Below are positions 60,597 to 64,000 of a stretch of DNA of 64,000 bases, piece after piece (within the stretch, counting starts at the first letter, position 1; each line of letters opens with the position of its first letter). Under the pieces are notes generated by a model, which saw only the letters and a program-made list of their open reading frames with translations, made no database searches and had not been told where the DNA came from. This DNA is from an uncultured Thermococci archaeon (GTDB taxonomy: Archaea; Methanobacteriota_B; Thermococci; Methanofastidiosales; B48-G16), in contig CAZQQT010000006.1 in NCBI GenBank assembly GCA_964595645.1, forward strand, positions 1-64,000, given 5' to 3'. A program made the translations under genes and the position numbers.

Positions 60597-61563
60597 CTCC
60601 TATGTTTTTTTTACTAATATACATAATTAAGAACTATATAAATGTTGCTGTACGTTTATTATAATGCCTCTAACGTAGTGGTAAAATGGTGGTAAAATTC
60701 TCTCACCTCCTTTCCCACTTCCTGCTAGGCGGGAAATTTCGCCTCTCGCACCATAGGGATCTCCACGATATCGCCTTCTTTTTCCCGTTTTTTCCTCCAA
60801 AATTTCCCAAAACATACATATTGGGAAATGCAAAAAAGGATCTAGGTCGTCTTCAAGATATGTAACTACGTGCCTATCTCTCTTCACGTCTGACCCCCAA
60901 AATCGTGATAATTACTGCGATTTTCGATCGATCGTTCTTTGTGAGTAGTTTGATACATGAGGATCTGCTGTCTCCTATATCTTGTGAAGGATCATCTCTT
61001 AGAAGATCATGATCGTTCGTGTTCTGATGAACGTGTTGTGGAATCATGAGTGTGGATGGTTCATGACGTACAATCCAAGAAAAGAGTACACAACAATAGG
61101 TATCACAATGAGCGACTGACAATGATTACTAGGGTCTCCATCCGAATTCATACAGATTTCCAAAAATTTCATGATCCCTTCTTTTCTTGTTTATCAAAAA
61201 AGGAATTTGGAGCTCCCATTCGTTAATCTAAGCCGTTCAAGGGGTCAGTTCTCCCCTTTTTTCCGTTTCCATAACATCCCGAAACTGGTTTGATCTGTTT
61301 CATCATATGAATCATATATGAAAAACTTGTTACATCCCTTCTCCGGAGAGTTCCATCGACCCCCTTGTTTTTTTCTCAACGTTCTCTTGTTTTCTACGGT
61401 TTCTCATCGAGATTCCACCCGTTTTGAACGCAGTTTCGTGATTTTTGAAGGTGAATTCATATGAATTTCCGTATTCATATATGAATAAGTAACTATTATG
61501 CCCCCCCTCCCTCTTTAGAAAGGGTGCTGGGAGGAAAATGTGTGGTATGCTATGTAGCTTCCA

Positions 61564-62345
61564 TCACACGTCTATATCAACTGTCACCCCAACCCTCTCT
61601 TTCCCAAGAAATACTGGGGCGACCTCGTGCCATGTGTATTGAGGGAAGACATAGGGGTAGTTCCCCTGACGGATGTATCGATACACATGTTTCACGTACT
61701 GAGTCACGAGCACGTAGGAGCACTTGTCCATCTCCCCCACGAGTTTGGGCGAGATCTTGTTTTGGGATGTTCAGCCTACGAGGGATCGGTGGGAGAGGTC
61801 GAGGTACACGTCCACCTCCGGCAGGATCCTCCCGTCGTCGTGACAGTACATCGCGATGTCACCACAGGAGAGGAGACCGAACGTCTTCCCGTTGAACATG
61901 AAGACTCGCTTCTCGTTCTGTGCGGAGAACCCCCGTTGATCGCCCTTTCCTCGCTCCAGCCAACACTCCCAGATGTGGGTGACGTACCCGTACTCTCCGT
62001 AGTCCCATTTAAGAAGGCGACAATGGAGTCGATCCCGCGGTACGGGTTGTATTGTCGTTCTCCTTCCCTTTTCTCACTGAAAAGATCGATGCCCACGACG
62101 AGCGGCACCTTCTCCTCCAGGTGCGTGTTGAGGAGCGGGAGTACCTCGTTAGAGATGAGATCTTTGGCACTGGAGAACTGCGTGGGCTGCAGGGAGAAAA
62201 AGTTGTGGGAAGTGACGAGCATGTCCGTCTGCGGCGTGATCGCTACATCTAAAAGGTCTACCGCCCGTTCGTAGTCCCACGAGTCACTACAGTACTTCTC
62301 CTGAAAGAAGCGTTTACATTCCGGGATGATGAGTCGTACCTTCAT
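61564..62345 (-). pseudogene. Carbon-nitrogen hydrolase (nitrilase-fold)-like pseudogene
   Basis: A -1 shift near 62010 (TTCTTAAATGG) continues as KWDYGEYGY...FMFNGKTFGLLSCGDIA, then an in-frame TGA near 61772, ending at 61564. Confidence 0.55.
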
Positions 62346-62486
62346 CGTTCACCTCACACGATACTACTCCCCGCAATTTTCCACAGGTCCTCGTGGAGCA
62401 ACGCGAGGAGACAGTTGGTACACTCTCGTTCGGTGGGATTCTCTCGAGGACACTCTCTCTTCTCTACCCACCTACATTCCATGCCA

Positions 62487-63347
62487 TCACCCCGGAAACC
62501 CCTTCTCCGTGAACTCGAAGCTCACTTCGTACTGTTTTAACTCGAGACCGGGGAACAGTGATTTGGAGTACTTGAGGTTTTTATCGAAGTCCTCCGCGAC
62601 GATAATCGCCCGAACATCCTGCGTTTCCTCCGCGATATGTTCCTTCACGTACCCCACGTACCGCATGATCTGTCCCATCACCTTGTCTCTCACCATTCCT
62701 GTCTTGATCTCGATCACCACAAGATCGTCGTTCCTATCGACGGCGAGGATATCGATCCTCCCGGCATCAGTAGAGTACTCACTCCCCGTCCTCCCTTCAT
62801 ACGGTTGGAGTCCTTCTTCTAGGAAGTCGAGGTTGTGAAGGATGTACTCGTGGAGATCCCGTTCCAGGCTTATGGACGCTCGGTAGCGTTCTTCTACCGT
62901 TTCCTCATCCTCCTCAATTTCTACAACGTCCTCTACTTCATGATCCTCAACACCCCCTAGTTCATTCAGCGAGTAGTAGTCCTTTTCAACTACAGGGTTG
63001 CCAGCTCTCACATTTTTTAAGAATAACTTCTTTTCTTCATCGGTGAGTAGTTTGTACCTCCCCCGTCCATCCGTGACAAACAGCGGGTTCTTTTTCCACG
63101 GAACGCTGGGGTAGTTTTTCCTCGATTTCATGTTGATGGTGTGGCAGAGAATTTGGAGGTAGATCGTGTTCTCGTTCACCTCATCAGAAGGGTACATCTC
63201 CTTCACTTTTCTCTTGATAGAGCTCGGATGGAGCCAGCGGTGCTCTCCATCGAGCTCCTTGGCTGCCTCCTGACACATTTTCCAGACGTACTTAGAGTAG
63301 TGAGGCATACGATCTCTCTTGTGAGAATACATAAAAACCTTTCCCAT
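62487..63347 (-). CDS. NucS/DUF91-like endonuclease domain fused to an N-terminal helical DNA-binding domain
   Basis: LERDLHEYI, EYSTDAGRIDILAVD, VVIEIK, GQIMRYVG. Confidence 0.8.
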   Translation of the reverse strand: MGKVFMYSHKRDRMPHYSKYVWKMCQEAAKELDGEHRWLHPSSIKRKVKEMYPSDEVNENTIYLQILCHTINMKSRKNYPSVPWKKNPLFVTDGRGRYKLLTDEEKKLFLKNVRAGNPVVEKDYYSLNELGGVEDHEVEDVVEIEEDEETVEERYRASISLERDLHEYILHNLDFLEEGLQPYEGRTGSEYSTDAGRIDILAVDRNDDLVVIEIKTGMVRDKVMGQIMRYVGYVKEHIAEETQDVRAIIVAEDFDKNLKYSKSLFPGLELKQYEVSFEFTEKGFPG

Positions 63348-63362
63348 TCTGAATCGTTTCGC

Positions 63363-63833
63363 CTATCTTAGTTGACGGATTTTCTCCCATTGTTCTCTGT
63401 GGTCCATAATTTGTTCAGGTTTCACGCTCATGCCCTTATACAAGTTCCCATTCTTGCAGATCTGTTGGGGCCAGACCGGCACGTTTTTTTCGTCGATTAT
63501 TACCTCTCCTTCGGAGATGTCAGATTCCAATTCCGTGTACAGCATCTTCTTCCAATTCTGGGCTGTGAGTATATAAAAATCAGGACGTTCATTCGGTTTC
63601 TTGTTCTCAAAATCCACAAAGATTAATACCTCGTCTCCCTCATGGACCCCCGTGCAGTTCGGCCACACTCTCCTCTGTTTACTCCTCACTATCGCGGTAA
63701 TGCTCTTGTGTGTCGTTTCGACAGCTATTTTATTCCCTCTCCCTTTTATACTTACACGGAAGTCTCTTTTGCAAAGCTCACTGGCGGCTGCAAACGTCGC
63801 TGCCAACCCCAACATCCTCTTTGGAATGCTCAT
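63363..63833 (-). CDS. Small restriction-endonuclease-fold-like protein, possibly catalytically degenerate
   Basis: GLAATFAAASELCKRDF...IVRSK...WP...IFVD...PDFYIL resembles small PD-(D/E)xK proteins but lacks the expected acidic residues. Confidence 0.45.
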   Translation of the reverse strand: MSIPKRMLGLAATFAAASELCKRDFRVSIKGRGNKIAVETTHKSITAIVRSKQRRVWPNCTGVHEGDEVLIFVDFENKKPNERPDFYILTAQNWKKMLYTELESDISEGEVIIDEKNVPVWPQQICKNGNLYKGMSVKPEQIMDHREQWEKIRQLR

Positions 63834-64000
63834 CGCACTACTCTTTGTTTTGAAATTTTTAAGTTTTTGTTTTCTGAAAATCAATATCGTGACTGTTGCG
63901 TTGAAGATACAGTGTAAAAGTATTTTATAGATTAATCCTTATACTGTATGTATGAACTATGTAGGACGATTAGAGAAGGAGAGCTGCCCTTGCGAATGTC

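Noticed and set aside
60627-61122. ORFs 60627-60887 and 60874-61122
   Set aside because: No recognisable motifs and atypical composition; treated as non-coding or decayed DNA.
50800-61780. TGA recoding (Trp or Sec) suggested by in-frame TGAs in the MFS and nitrilase-like genes
   Set aside because: Both genes also carry frameshifts and many intact genes here end in TGA; simple TGG-to-TGA decay is sufficient.

Overview
Archaeal (euryarchaeal) chromosomal window. GCIGG/GCVGG lipoboxes, LipS1/LipS2, ArcS and TrmY fit a Thermococci/Methanofastidiosia/Theionarchaea-like lineage, but the taxon is an inference. Bases 1-33.3 kb are mostly housekeeping: archaeal lipoyl synthesis (lpl-C, lipS1, lipS2), Sec61beta, a SAMP/NcsA tRNA thiolation pair, guaA, ltaE, trxB, an upper-mevalonate operon with a class II HMG-CoA reductase, SRP19, two pilins flanking a short AglB, a Lrp/KaiC/PINA operon, two tandem solo Cas4-like nucleases, nadC, a radical SAM-HhH fusion, tRNA-Pro, trmY, arcS and tRNA-Ile2. 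Both tRNAs are followed by the same ~55-nt double-hairpin element and then a second copy of their own 3' end; this is the most unusual non-coding signal in the window. From ~33.4 to 60.2 kb is a visibly AT-richer catabolic island: an HTH-10 regulator, peptidases, a dipeptide epimerase, a CUT1 ABC transporter, three aminotransferases, an atypical SdhA/FrdA-like flavoprotein with a 2Fe-2S-only partner, a CoA ligase, PrpD, a DRE-TIM synthase and CysK. Most of its promoters share a GCATATGC palindrome about 10-13 nt upstream of the TATA box. The last 3.5 kb hold palindrome-rich non-coding DNA, a nitrilase-like pseudogene and two nuclease-like genes. No CRISPR array, integrase or transposase was seen.
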